64,000 nt of DNA, from the NCBI GenBank assembly GCA_965205335.1, contig OZ242164.1, positions 448,001-512,000 on the forward strand, read 5' to 3'. The notes under the pieces were generated by a model. The model was not told the DNA's origin, did not search any database, and saw nothing but the letters and a program-made list of their open reading frames with translations. A program made the translations under genes and the position numbers. Below are positions 1 to 9,226 of the stretch, one piece after another (within the stretch, counting starts at the first letter, position 1; each line of letters starts with the position of its first letter). The DNA is from Candidatus Woesearchaeota archaeon. GTDB lineage: Archaea > Nanobdellota > Nanobdellia > Woesearchaeales > UBA583.

Positions 1-1
1 A

Positions 2-643
2 GTTTTCGTTCTGGAGAACAAAAAAGAATTTGATGAAATTAATCCTCAATTTGACTTAATAACACGCTACAAATACACAAAGAAAAATACAATTATCTCA
101 AAATCCAATATCTTAAATATAACAGGCAATGGCAAAGGAAAATCCACATATTGCTTTGGAATGATCATAAGAGCTTACTTGAATAAAGAAGATGTAAGAC
201 TTATTTACTTTGATAAAGGGGGAGATTTCTACGGAGAAAGATACTTCTTTGATCCCTTAAAAAAATGGGCAAAAGAAAATACTCTTTACGGTAGATTTGA
301 CTATGTGGCAACAGGATGCAAAAGATTTGATGGTATATCTTTTAGATTTGAAAACCACAAAGAAGATAAAAAAGAAGCAAAAGAAGGCTTAATGCTACTT
401 AGAACTGCCCTAAAAAAACAAACACCAGTCATAGCCGAAGAATTGAACACAACAATAAAAACCAATCTGCTTGAAAAAAAAGAAGTATTAGATGTCTTAA
501 AAAGTGTTGTCAATAAACTAATTATCACAGGAAGATACTCTCCAAAGGAATTTTTAGAACTCTCAAACCAGATTATTGAGGTAGAAGAAATAAAACATTA
601 TAGTAAACTTGGACACAGCGTCCGCAAGGGAATTGACTTTTAA
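2..643 (+). CDS. Cob(I)alamin adenosyltransferase CobO/BtuR-like protein, 5'-partial
   Basis: Frame is open from position 2, upstream of the ORF-track ATG. It contains the BtuR-type P-loop ITGNGKGKST, LIITGR and C-terminal RKGIDF. Confidence 0.7.
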   Translation, partial: VFVLENKKEFDEINPQFDLITRYKYTKKNTIISKSNILNITGNGKGKSTYCFGMIIRAYLNKEDVRLIYFDKGGDFYGERYFFDPLKKWAKENTLYGRFDYVATGCKRFDGISFRFENHKEDKKEAKEGLMLLRTALKKQTPVIAEELNTTIKTNLLEKKEVLDVLKSVVNKLIITGRYSPKEFLELSNQIIEVEEIKHYSKLGHSVRKGIDF

Positions 644-701
644 GTTCTTCACTTTTTAGGAAATATAAACAATTATATAGATTTCAAAAATAATATAAGG
701 T

Positions 702-1373
702 ATGGGTTTATTTAGCAAACATAAAAGTCAAGAAAGTACGCCACCTAAGGAACCTGAAGCACCTAAAGAAGATGTTCAAACAAAGGAATCTCAAATGTCC
801 TCTAACATGCCAGAAGTCCCACAAGGTGCTAATTTATCTCCTCCTCCACTTCCAGGGAGTTCTTCTTTAGATGGAATCAAATCAGAAGTCGCCCCGATGT
901 CTCCTGATTCACAGGTGCCTCAAAATAATTCGAATGATGGGCAAGTTCAAAATCCTCTGGAAAATCAGATGGACTCAGGTTCTTCTGATGATGAACTATT
1001 TAGCATGTTTGATATTGACACTCCACTCGATAGTAATTCATCAGAAACATCTCAGGACAATAAGGATTTATTGGAAGATATAGACAATAAAACGTCTGAA
1101 ATGGAACAACCATCAGAATTATCCTTTGTCAAATCTCATAGAGAAACAAACCCTCTAAGCATTAACTCTAAATTTCTGACAACTTCCCAATTCAAAGCAA
1201 TGCTCGAGTTAGTTGAAGGAGTAAAATCAAAAGTTAGGGACTCAACTGAAACTTACACAAGATTAATGGATATCAGATCTGAGGAAGACATAGAGTATGA
1301 AAACCTAAAAAAGAGTTTTCAGTTCATTGAGGATAAATTGTATGAATTAGATAACATCTTATTTGAGAAATAA
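702..1373 (+). CDS. Hypothetical protein: Pro/acidic disordered N-terminus plus ~65-aa C-terminal coiled coil
   Basis: 223-aa ORF with a TATA-like box ~25 bp upstream; heptad pattern at the C-terminus. Confidence 0.75.
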   Translation: MGLFSKHKSQESTPPKEPEAPKEDVQTKESQMSSNMPEVPQGANLSPPPLPGSSSLDGIKSEVAPMSPDSQVPQNNSNDGQVQNPLENQMDSGSSDDELFSMFDIDTPLDSNSSETSQDNKDLLEDIDNKTSEMEQPSELSFVKSHRETNPLSINSKFLTTSQFKAMLELVEGVKSKVRDSTETYTRLMDIRSEEDIEYENLKKSFQFIEDKLYELDNILFEK

Positions 1374-1384
1374 AGAGGATTAAA

Positions 1385-1591
1385 ATGAAAAACAGAAGAG
1401 ATATATTTGTAAAACTTAACAATACCTCTGAAATAGTTAAAGTTATGAAAGAAATCAGAGCAGAAGAGAAATCCTTAAAAGAATTATTTGCCAAATACGA
1501 TAAATTAAATGAACTAGAAAACAAAGCTTGTGAAAACTGGAGAGATCGTATGGAAGAAACATTTAGAAGGATGGAGAACATTTCTTTATAA
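1385..1591 (+). CDS. Small coiled-coil hypothetical protein
   Basis: 68-aa ORF preceded by GAGGA and tightly packed between co-directional neighbours; resembles the C-terminal domain of 702..1373. Confidence 0.7.
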   Translation: MKNRRDIFVKLNNTSEIVKVMKEIRAEEKSLKELFAKYDKLNELENKACENWRDRMEETFRRMENISL

Positions 1592-1594
1592 ACT

Positions 1595-2110
1595 ATGGTA
1601 GTCAAAACGCAAAACAATAATGAGAACTTGTATGTATCAATGGACAGTTTCAAAGAAAAAAGAAGAAATTTGCTCTTCTCTCTCAAAGATTCCTTGATTT
1701 TACAAGAAGAATACGAAAAAGTCACAGAAATTCGAGAGCAGAAAGAAGAAGTTATCACACAAATCAAAAAGAAAATGAACGATATAAATTCATCTTATCA
1801 GAAACTAAAGAAATTATTTCCAAATGTTAAAGGTGTTATAACAAACGCTGAGAAAGAACTATCTACACTTGACAGGCATTTTACAACACTTACACCTCAA
1901 GATAAGAAAGAACATGAAAAAGTTCAAAAGAATACTACGAAGAGCACTAATACCCCAAGAAAACAAAAGCATACAACCAACAAAAATGAAATAAAGGCTA
2001 CAGGTTATGTTTCTGAAAAAGCATCAGAGAAGATTAAAGAAGATATTAGTAAACTTGATAGAATTAGAAATAACCTAAGGGTAATTGAATCCAAACTAAA
2101 AAAAGCATAA
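1595..2110 (+). CDS. Coiled-coil hypothetical protein
   Basis: 171-aa ORF 3 bp after the previous gene; N-terminal helical region similar in pattern to the two upstream genes. Confidence 0.7.
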   Translation: MVVKTQNNNENLYVSMDSFKEKRRNLLFSLKDSLILQEEYEKVTEIREQKEEVITQIKKKMNDINSSYQKLKKLFPNVKGVITNAEKELSTLDRHFTTLTPQDKKEHEKVQKNTTKSTNTPRKQKHTTNKNEIKATGYVSEKASEKIKEDISKLDRIRNNLRVIESKLKKA

Positions 2111-2120
2111 ATCTATTATA

Positions 2121-2738
2121 CTACTTCTTTTTCTGGTTTTTCTCATTGCCTAGTTCCTCTAAAATCTCCTTAGAATTAATATACTTATAAAATACCATAA
2201 TCACAATTATGAAAACTGCAAACATAATCACTCCATAATATCCAAATTTTTCCCATGATTTTCCAAAATAATATCCAATACAAGAAAATATACTTGCCCA
2301 GATTCCAGATGCAATTAGAACTATTACAAAAAATTTTATCCTATTCATTTTAGAAATTCCTGCTGGAATTGGGATGAAAATCTTAATTGGATTAACTAAT
2401 TTGCCAACAAACAAAAAAAAAGAGCCCCTTTTCCTAAAAGCTATTTGAATCTTCTTAATCTCCTGTCTTGGATTTAGAACATCTAAAAACTTAAATAACT
2501 TCAATGAATAATCCAATCCCTTTCTTCGTGATATCTCATACAATATAAGATTTCCAAGAGATTGTGCAACAGCCCCCACTCCAATAACAAGAAACAAATT
2601 TAAATCCCCTGTTGATGCAAAATAACCTGCAAATATATAAACTAATTGGCTTGACGGAAAACTAATCACTCCATTTAAAGTAATTAGAATAAAAATTCCA
2701 AAATAAGTAAGTGAAACGATTATTTCTTCTAAAGACAT
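2121..2738 (-). CDS. DedA-family membrane protein
   Basis: FPSSQLVYIFAG, GNLILYEISRRKG, GKLVNPIK..IPIPAGISKM motifs; hydrophobic helices. Confidence 0.9.
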   Translation of the reverse strand: MSLEEIIVSLTYFGIFILITLNGVISFPSSQLVYIFAGYFASTGDLNLFLVIGVGAVAQSLGNLILYEISRRKGLDYSLKLFKFLDVLNPRQEIKKIQIAFRKRGSFFLFVGKLVNPIKIFIPIPAGISKMNRIKFFVIVLIASGIWASIFSCIGYYFGKSWEKFGYYGVIMFAVFIIVIMVFYKYINSKEILEELGNEKNQKKK

Positions 2739-2741
2739 CTT

Positions 2742-3014
2742 TTATGCATGATTTTGCAATCTCTTTGACTCCTTTATAATCAAATTAAAAACCTCTTCTG
2801 TGAACTTTCTATCAAGTTTATAAATATTAATAAGTACTGAACGCATCCTCTTCATCTCATTCTCTCTTATTTTATCTATTGTCTTCTCAAACCCCATTTG
2901 GTCCTTAATATTACCTATCTGCTTTGCTACCTTCAATCTCTTACCAAGCAGATATAATATCTTAGAATCCAATTTATCTATCTTCTTTCTCAATTTTCTA
3001 AGTTTTGCTTCCAT
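2742..3014 (-). CDS. Chorismate mutase (AroQ/type II), standalone
   Basis: LRKKIDKLDSKILYLLGKR..AKQIGNIK..D..RE..IIKESKRLQ signature; ATG at 3014 preferred. Confidence 0.85.
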   Translation of the reverse strand: MEAKLRKLRKKIDKLDSKILYLLGKRLKVAKQIGNIKDQMGFEKTIDKIRENEMKRMRSVLINIYKLDRKFTEEVFNLIIKESKRLQNHA

Positions 3015-3067
3015 ATTATTTGGATAAAACAAAAGTATTTAAATCTTATGAATGCCTATTCTATTAA

Positions 3068-4027
3068 ATGTTAGAAACAAGCCAAATTTGGGTAGATAAA
3101 TACAGACCTCAAACATTTAACGAAATCATTGGACAAGATTACTTTGTAAAAAGAGTTAAGGCATTCATTAACTCAAAATCCCTACCTCACCTATTATTTA
3201 CAGGAGCTCCTGGGACTGGAAAGACCACAACCGCCTTAGTTGTCGCAAGAGAATTATATGGAAAAAATGGAACAACAGGAAATTTCTTAGAACTTAACGC
3301 CTCAGACGATCGTGGTATTGATGTCATTCGTAATCAAATCAAAGAATTTGCTAAATTAAAGTCCCTTGCTGATGTTCCATATAAAATTATTTGCTTGGAC
3401 GAGGCAGATTCTCTAACAAAAGATGCCCAGCAGGCCCTTAGGAGGACAATGGAGAAATACTCATCATCATGCAGATTCATTCTATCATGTAACGAACTTG
3501 CAAAGATTTTAGACCCTATCCAAAGCAGATGCGTTATTTTTAGATTTAAGAGTCTTGATGAAAAATCCTTACATACTCTACTCTCTAAAATTGAAAAAAA
3601 AGAGAAATTAAATATCGATAAAAACGCAAAAAATCTCTTAGTTGAGATTTCGCGTGGTGATGTAAGACGCTTATTAAACACCTTACAGGCAGCGGCCTCT
3701 ATTAATACAAAAGTTAGTTTGAAACTAATTAATGAAATAATTGACTTTGTAAACCCAAAAGAAATAGAAGATATGATTAACTATGCAGTTTCAGGTGACT
3801 TCTTTAAAGCACGTGACATAATGATTAAACTCAGAACTTTAAAGGGCTTATCCTCTCTTGAAATACTAAAAGAGATATACAGAAGAATCCTTGACATGGA
3901 AATTGAAGCTAAACTAAAAATTAAATTTGTTGATAGAATAGCAACAGTTGAATTTAGATTAGTTGAGGGCTCTGATGAAGAACTACAATTAGAATCATTG
4001 CTTGCAATGATGTCTCTTCTAAAATAA
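3068..4027 (+). CDS. rfcS: Replication factor C small subunit
   Basis: WVDKYRP, GAPGTGKTT, LELNASDDRG, LDEAD, QSRC RFC boxes. Confidence 0.97.
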   Translation: MLETSQIWVDKYRPQTFNEIIGQDYFVKRVKAFINSKSLPHLLFTGAPGTGKTTTALVVARELYGKNGTTGNFLELNASDDRGIDVIRNQIKEFAKLKSLADVPYKIICLDEADSLTKDAQQALRRTMEKYSSSCRFILSCNELAKILDPIQSRCVIFRFKSLDEKSLHTLLSKIEKKEKLNIDKNAKNLLVEISRGDVRRLLNTLQAAASINTKVSLKLINEIIDFVNPKEIEDMINYAVSGDFFKARDIMIKLRTLKGLSSLEILKEIYRRILDMEIEAKLKIKFVDRIATVEFRLVEGSDEELQLESLLAMMSLLK

Positions 4028-4212
4028 TCCAACTATACAATTAATTACTATATTAACGTCATATTCATAAAAATCCATCCAAATTACCCATATTCCTAGT
4101 AAATTGGCGTAATGGAAACTAGAAAATTTTCTTTCTTAGACACCTGTACTATAAAAATATGAGACTTTAATTGCTAAAAAAGATATATTAGTTACTCATT
4201 AGTAATTAATTT

Positions 4213-4230
4213 CCGAAACCTTTATAAATA
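4213..4230 (+). promoter_or_regulatory. Archaeal BRE-TATA promoter (CCGAAACC-TTTATAAATA)
   Basis: Canonical CGAAA BRE followed by TTTATAAA, upstream of the 4301 gene. Confidence 0.75.
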
Positions 4231-4248
4231 ACTATGTACTTATCATAA

Positions 4249-4293
4249 TTACAAATGTGCTAATCGTCACTCAATGATGGTTAGCATTTGTAA
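4249..4293 (+). promoter_or_regulatory. 5'-UTR stem-loop
   Basis: TTACAAATG(TG)CTAATCGTCA pairs with TGATGGTTAGCATTTGTAA, including G-U pairs; lies between the expected TSS and the ATG. Confidence 0.6.
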
Positions 4294-4300
4294 CTAAAAA

Positions 4301-5845
4301 ATGAAAGTAACAAAACTAATAGCATTGATGGTTATGTCATTTATTGCACTTTTAGGAACAGCTTTTGCTCTTCCAGTTAGTGTATCTGACTTAACTATTC
4401 AAGGAGATAATGGGGACTACATTGCCTTAGTTTCTCTGGAAAATGCTAATGTGAGCACAGGCAGTCTTGACACATTAACATTTACTGTTGAGGAATTAGG
4501 TACAAGCGTAGAAGAAATTGTAAATGTTAATACAGAAACAACAATGGTTAAAGCATTTAACCTAAGAGATGTTGTTGAATCATTTAGTTCCCTAAAGAAA
4601 GGGGAGACTTATGAATTAACTGTTGAGACATCATCTGGTAGTTCAGTATCCAAAGCATTCTTATTTGGAAGTGAAAAAGATACAGAAGGCCTAGAGATTG
4701 TTCTGGAAAAAGTTGAAGTTAACGGAGAACAAGTAAAAGATGTTGACACCCTTCAAGTATTAAATGGAGAAACATTAGAAGTTAGCATGAGATTCTCAGC
4801 TCTTGAGAACGTTGAGGACGCAAGACTTAATATATTCATTGAAGGATATGAACATGCATCAATCCTTGAATCAACTAAAATTTTCAACTTAGTTGAAGGT
4901 AAAACATATGTCAAGACTCTAAGTATCAATTTGCCAACTGATATGGACAACCAGCAAGATTACAAATTAAGAATCGTTGGTGCTAATGATTTATCAGGTA
5001 TTACATACAAAGAGTACGTATTATACATAGACACTCAAAGACACAGAGTTGATGTATTAGACCTAACTATGACTCCTTCATCAGGTGTTGAACCTGGACA
5101 AAACATTATTGCTAATGTTAGAATGAAGAACAGAGGTCAAATGGAACAAGACTCAGTTAGAGTAAACGTTGCTGTACCAGCTCTTGGTGTAAGTGAATCA
5201 AGCTATGTTAGTAACTTAAACTCCAACGAAGTAGCTACATCAGATGATATGTTGTTATTCATACCAGAAGATGCAGAACCTAAGACTTACAATGTAGTAG
5301 TTACTCTATCATATGATGACGGATACACTGCAACTACTGAAGAATTTGTATTAAATGTAGTAGCTCCAAGTATTCCAGAAGAAGGAAGTTTACTTGTAAG
5401 TTTCAAGAATAACGTAAACCTAGTTGCAGGAGAAGAAAACACACTAAAGATCGTTGTTGCAAACCCTACTAGTGAAAGCAAACCAATATCCTTAGCTCAT
5501 GTTGACAATGTATGGTCAGATGTTGAAGTATCACCTACTCTAGCCATGATTCAGGGAGGAAGTCATGCAGAATTTACAGTGACTGTTGTTCCTAAGAAAT
5601 CAGTTAATGGTGAGAAAGAGATGAACTTTGTTGTTAAGGAAGGAGCTGAAACTGTTAAAGAATTTGCAGTTAACACATACGTTGAAGGTGAAGATAGGTC
5701 GTCTATTAGCTGGCTGACTATCACTTTAATCGTACTATTAGCTTTAGCTCTTGTTATACTACTGGCTCTGGTAGTTACTATTGCAAGAAGAAAATCAGAT
5801 GAAGAGGAAGACGAAGAACCTTCATCAGAAGAGGAATACTACTAA
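4301..5845 (+). CDS. Membrane-anchored surface/S-layer-associated protein with CARDB/Ig-like domains
   Basis: Signal peptide, beta-rich domains (VEPGQNIIANVRMKNRG), C-terminal TM helix and acidic tail ending EEEYY. Confidence 0.75.
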   Translation: MKVTKLIALMVMSFIALLGTAFALPVSVSDLTIQGDNGDYIALVSLENANVSTGSLDTLTFTVEELGTSVEEIVNVNTETTMVKAFNLRDVVESFSSLKKGETYELTVETSSGSSVSKAFLFGSEKDTEGLEIVLEKVEVNGEQVKDVDTLQVLNGETLEVSMRFSALENVEDARLNIFIEGYEHASILESTKIFNLVEGKTYVKTLSINLPTDMDNQQDYKLRIVGANDLSGITYKEYVLYIDTQRHRVDVLDLTMTPSSGVEPGQNIIANVRMKNRGQMEQDSVRVNVAVPALGVSESSYVSNLNSNEVATSDDMLLFIPEDAEPKTYNVVVTLSYDDGYTATTEEFVLNVVAPSIPEEGSLLVSFKNNVNLVAGEENTLKIVVANPTSESKPISLAHVDNVWSDVEVSPTLAMIQGGSHAEFTVTVVPKKSVNGEKEMNFVVKEGAETVKEFAVNTYVEGEDRSSISWLTITLIVLLALALVILLALVVTIARRKSDEEEDEEPSSEEEYY

Positions 5846-6095
5846 ATATTCCTTTTCAGATTTTCTCTAAAATCTTTACAAAGCAAACATAAGTTTCTAA
5901 ATTACAGATAATACTTTATGAAACTTGCTATAACTATTGTTCTACTACCTTAATCCATGCAATCTTGCTAAATATTGCAATTGCTGATTCAATTTAACTA
6001 AAATCAATTCTAACAATAACCTAAAATATATTTAAAACTAATGCAGTTAAATATTATAATTGGACAATCCTTAAGAATAATTAGGTAACATCAGA

Positions 6096-6682
6096 ATGAA
6101 ACTAAATTGGGATAAAACAAAAAAAATCTATTTACATCGCTACTATTTATAACACTATATATTCCCTTTTCCTTTGCGATATACTCAAGTTCTTGGTATG
6201 AATTTAACTATGAAATATACAGAACATATGAACTTATAGGGAAAGAAAACACAATTAATGCAACAGAGAACTTAATCTCTTACTTTACACACAAAAACGA
6301 GTTAAATCATATGTGGAATAACAAAGAAAAAGCCCATATGAGTGAAGTCAGAACAATCTTTGACATACTACTCATAACCTTTATCCTCTCTCTTGTAAGC
6401 CTTCTCTTTCTAATTAACAAAAATAAAAACACAATAAGAAAATTTTCAAAAACAAACATTAAAATAATCCTATCACTTCTAATAATTCTACCTTTCTTTA
6501 CAATATTCTGGCATGCCTTCCATGAAATCCATTTTATAAACAACCTATAGATAATAAAGTATGATGACATATCTTACTACTTATTTCCTCAGAAATTCCT
6601 TAGAAACACAATTCTACTAATAATACTAATAGGAGCATCAATAAATCTAACAATAAATTACACTATAAAATTATCTAAATGA
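6096..6682 (+). pseudogene. DUF1461/TIGR01906-type integral membrane protein pseudogene
   Basis: Frameshift in the A8 run at 6119-6126 and in-frame TAG at 6548. Repaired protein reads ..EKAHMSEVRTIF..FHEIHFINNL*IIKYDD..LFPQKFL, matching the family pattern with W at the stop. Confidence 0.65.
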
Positions 6683-8692
6683 AATACCATACTCATTATG
6701 ATTCTGAACTTGAGATTTTATTAACTCATATCTCTCAATGAAATTCTCCTCTGTTAAAGGTACAGCAGATGCAGGAATAACTATATTAATCTTATTTCCG
6801 CTATTAATATCTGGCAGCCAATTCTCAATATCAAACATTGATTTCAAATCTCCATTTGAATCAAAATATGCAACAGTTAAATTATAGTATATTTCATCAA
6901 AATCATCATCCAAAAAAGATAATTTACTAAATATCTCTCCGTCATTTGGCCATATAGCAAAAGATTCAAATCCCTTTTCCTTATTTTCAATTGTTATATA
7001 AACACTGCCATCATCTTGAGAATACAATTTCCTTCCATTCTGATTCCCTTCATATATAATGACATTCCTCAGTGATATTGTAAATTCTTTTAGAGGTGTT
7101 AATTTAATAACCGCAGAAGACGTAATAAATCCATCATCTCTTGGTGTATCAATTCTAGCAACTCCTCTATGAAAACCCTCCTTCTCTCCTATGACAGTAC
7201 CTCCCTGACACCAAGGAAATGTAGTACTTAAAACAGGAGATTTATACTCACGAGTAAAACCCTTATGAACAGGTTTTGCTGTAACTCCCATATCACACGA
7301 TAAATGAATACACTGATATGTAATATTAACACCGCTTAATGGAATATCTAAATTCTTATTTTCTGCATGAATTACTGTATAATACATATAACTCTCATTT
7401 GTACAATAATTTTCATTATTAACCGTTAAAGGCTGATTAGCAGGATCAAACGCAATAGGTCTTCTTTGCTTAGGAGCATTATCCTCTATCTTAATTCTTA
7501 GCGGGAACTGGAAGATATAACCATTTCCTTCAGAATTTCTATCCTGTATTGACATTATCATATCATAATCTAATGTATACAAATGGTGATATATCTGAAC
7601 ACAAGGAATTGGGATTTTTCCATCAAACACTTTCATTGTAATAGGTTTTACAACTTGGCCTGAACTTGGCTTAACGCTAAAACTATCCTTCCAGAAAAAA
7701 GGGTCTTTTGTAATCTTATCACCTCCTTCATACGAATCCGAATAAGGTAAAAATGCATTAACCTCATAATTTAAATAAGAATCAGGCAAATCACTAATAT
7801 CAAAAACATAATGATTTTCAAAATAAGGCCTTAAATCCTTAGTTCCTAAATCAACATTTAAATTAGCATCATATATATAATCCTTTGGAAAAGTCCCATT
7901 AAACTGCAAATACTTAAAATTATGTTTATTCAAATTAATCAAATTCTCCTTTAACTGTTCATACGTCCAAACTTGCCCCGAACACGAATAAGAAATCCCC
8001 TCAGAAGGCATAGAATCCCTATTGCTGTAATCTGATGCTGAATAAATCTGATCTAAAACTAACTCCTCCATAAAATTTGTATCCTGTTCATACCCATAAA
8101 TCTGCGCCGCAAGTTCATACATGTCCCCTAACCTAACATTCTCTAACTTAACTGCATAATCTGAAACTGAAATCTCCCTATCTGAATTCTTCTCTGAAAA
8201 ACTAATCAACAACCTTCCTTCAACAGTGACATCTTCCTTATTAATACTCACATCAACTAAATACGAATCATCAATTTCAATATCAAAAGTTTCTTCAAGA
8301 ACCCTTAAATCTGATTCAATACATAAAATACTCTCAGATTCAATAAAACTCCCCAACTCTCTCTCCATAGAAAAAATGGTTGGAATATCATCATCTAAAG
8401 AATCCCATGAGGGAATAATCAATCCTCCAATTTCCGTATGCTTTCTTGGGTCATTTCGTATTGACTCATCAATCTCAATCTGTCCTCCCTGAAAACCCAA
8501 CAAAAACGTTCCTCTATGAGCAGAATCTAAAATACAATCATCAACAATCTGCTTAACCTGATTCTTAGCTCTGAAATCAAAACCCTTAAAAATTGAAAAA
8601 TCAGAAGTTGCAACCAGAAAAGCAATTACTATAATTAATATTATTCCTATTATGACAAACATTGTCACCTGAGCATTATTTTTCCTCAACAT
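6671..8692 (-). CDS. Large secreted protein with class III (pilin-like) signal peptide
   Basis: N-terminus RKNNA|QVTMFVIIGIILII; Cys-containing extracellular domain. Confidence 0.8.
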   Translation of the reverse strand: MLRKNNAQVTMFVIIGIILIIVIAFLVATSDFSIFKGFDFRAKNQVKQIVDDCILDSAHRGTFLLGFQGGQIEIDESIRNDPRKHTEIGGLIIPSWDSLDDDIPTIFSMERELGSFIESESILCIESDLRVLEETFDIEIDDSYLVDVSINKEDVTVEGRLLISFSEKNSDREISVSDYAVKLENVRLGDMYELAAQIYGYEQDTNFMEELVLDQIYSASDYSNRDSMPSEGISYSCSGQVWTYEQLKENLINLNKHNFKYLQFNGTFPKDYIYDANLNVDLGTKDLRPYFENHYVFDISDLPDSYLNYEVNAFLPYSDSYEGGDKITKDPFFWKDSFSVKPSSGQVVKPITMKVFDGKIPIPCVQIYHHLYTLDYDMIMSIQDRNSEGNGYIFQFPLRIKIEDNAPKQRRPIAFDPANQPLTVNNENYCTNESYMYYTVIHAENKNLDIPLSGVNITYQCIHLSCDMGVTAKPVHKGFTREYKSPVLSTTFPWCQGGTVIGEKEGFHRGVARIDTPRDDGFITSSAVIKLTPLKEFTISLRNVIIYEGNQNGRKLYSQDDGSVYITIENKEKGFESFAIWPNDGEIFSKLSFLDDDFDEIYYNLTVAYFDSNGDLKSMFDIENWLPDINSGNKINIVIPASAVPLTEENFIERYELIKSQVQNHNEYGISFR

Positions 8693-9084
8693 TTTTCAAG
8701 CGAATTAATCTTATATTTTTCCTCTCTAGAACCACATGCCAAACTTCCATCAAAAGTCAATATAACAGGGTTTAAATGAACAGAAGATGAACTCGTTTTA
8801 ATAGACACCCTCCCAAGTGATCTGGAGAACACCTTCTGAACATTTTCTTTATCCTCACTAAACACAAAATCAATATCAGAATCACCATTATTTTTAATAT
8901 GAACTTCCATTCCTTCAGGGGTTTTGCAATATTTAGTGATTTCATAGTTCAAAAGATTACATCTCTCTAGCTCAGGAACGTATAATCTACCAAGAATTGC
9001 ATGCAATATCAAAGCAATAATAAACGATGCAATCGCAAGTACAAGAATATACATTGAAACTCCCTTTTTACATTCAAGTTGCAT
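8686..9084 (-). CDS. Pilin-like protein with class III signal peptide
   Basis: KKG|VSMYILVLAIA hydrophobic helix; IKNNG motif and Cys pairs. Confidence 0.75.
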   Translation of the reverse strand: MQLECKKGVSMYILVLAIASFIIALILHAILGRLYVPELERCNLLNYEITKYCKTPEGMEVHIKNNGDSDIDFVFSEDKENVQKVFSRSLGRVSIKTSSSSVHLNPVILTFDGSLACGSREEKYKINSLEKC

Positions 9085-9226
9085 AATGAGGTTCTACAAA
9101 AGAATAATATAAAGATTTGTCCTATTCCCAAAGTAAACACAATAAAAAACTAAAGATTCATTTATGCATCCAATAAACACATTGCATCCATATTATTCCC
9201 CAGAGGATTAAAATCCAACACATTAA

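Noticed and set aside
6548-6550. Stop-codon reassignment (TAG readthrough)
   Set aside because: Single case in a gene that also has a frameshift; TAG, TGA and TAA all terminate conserved genes normally and tRNA-Trp is standard CCA.
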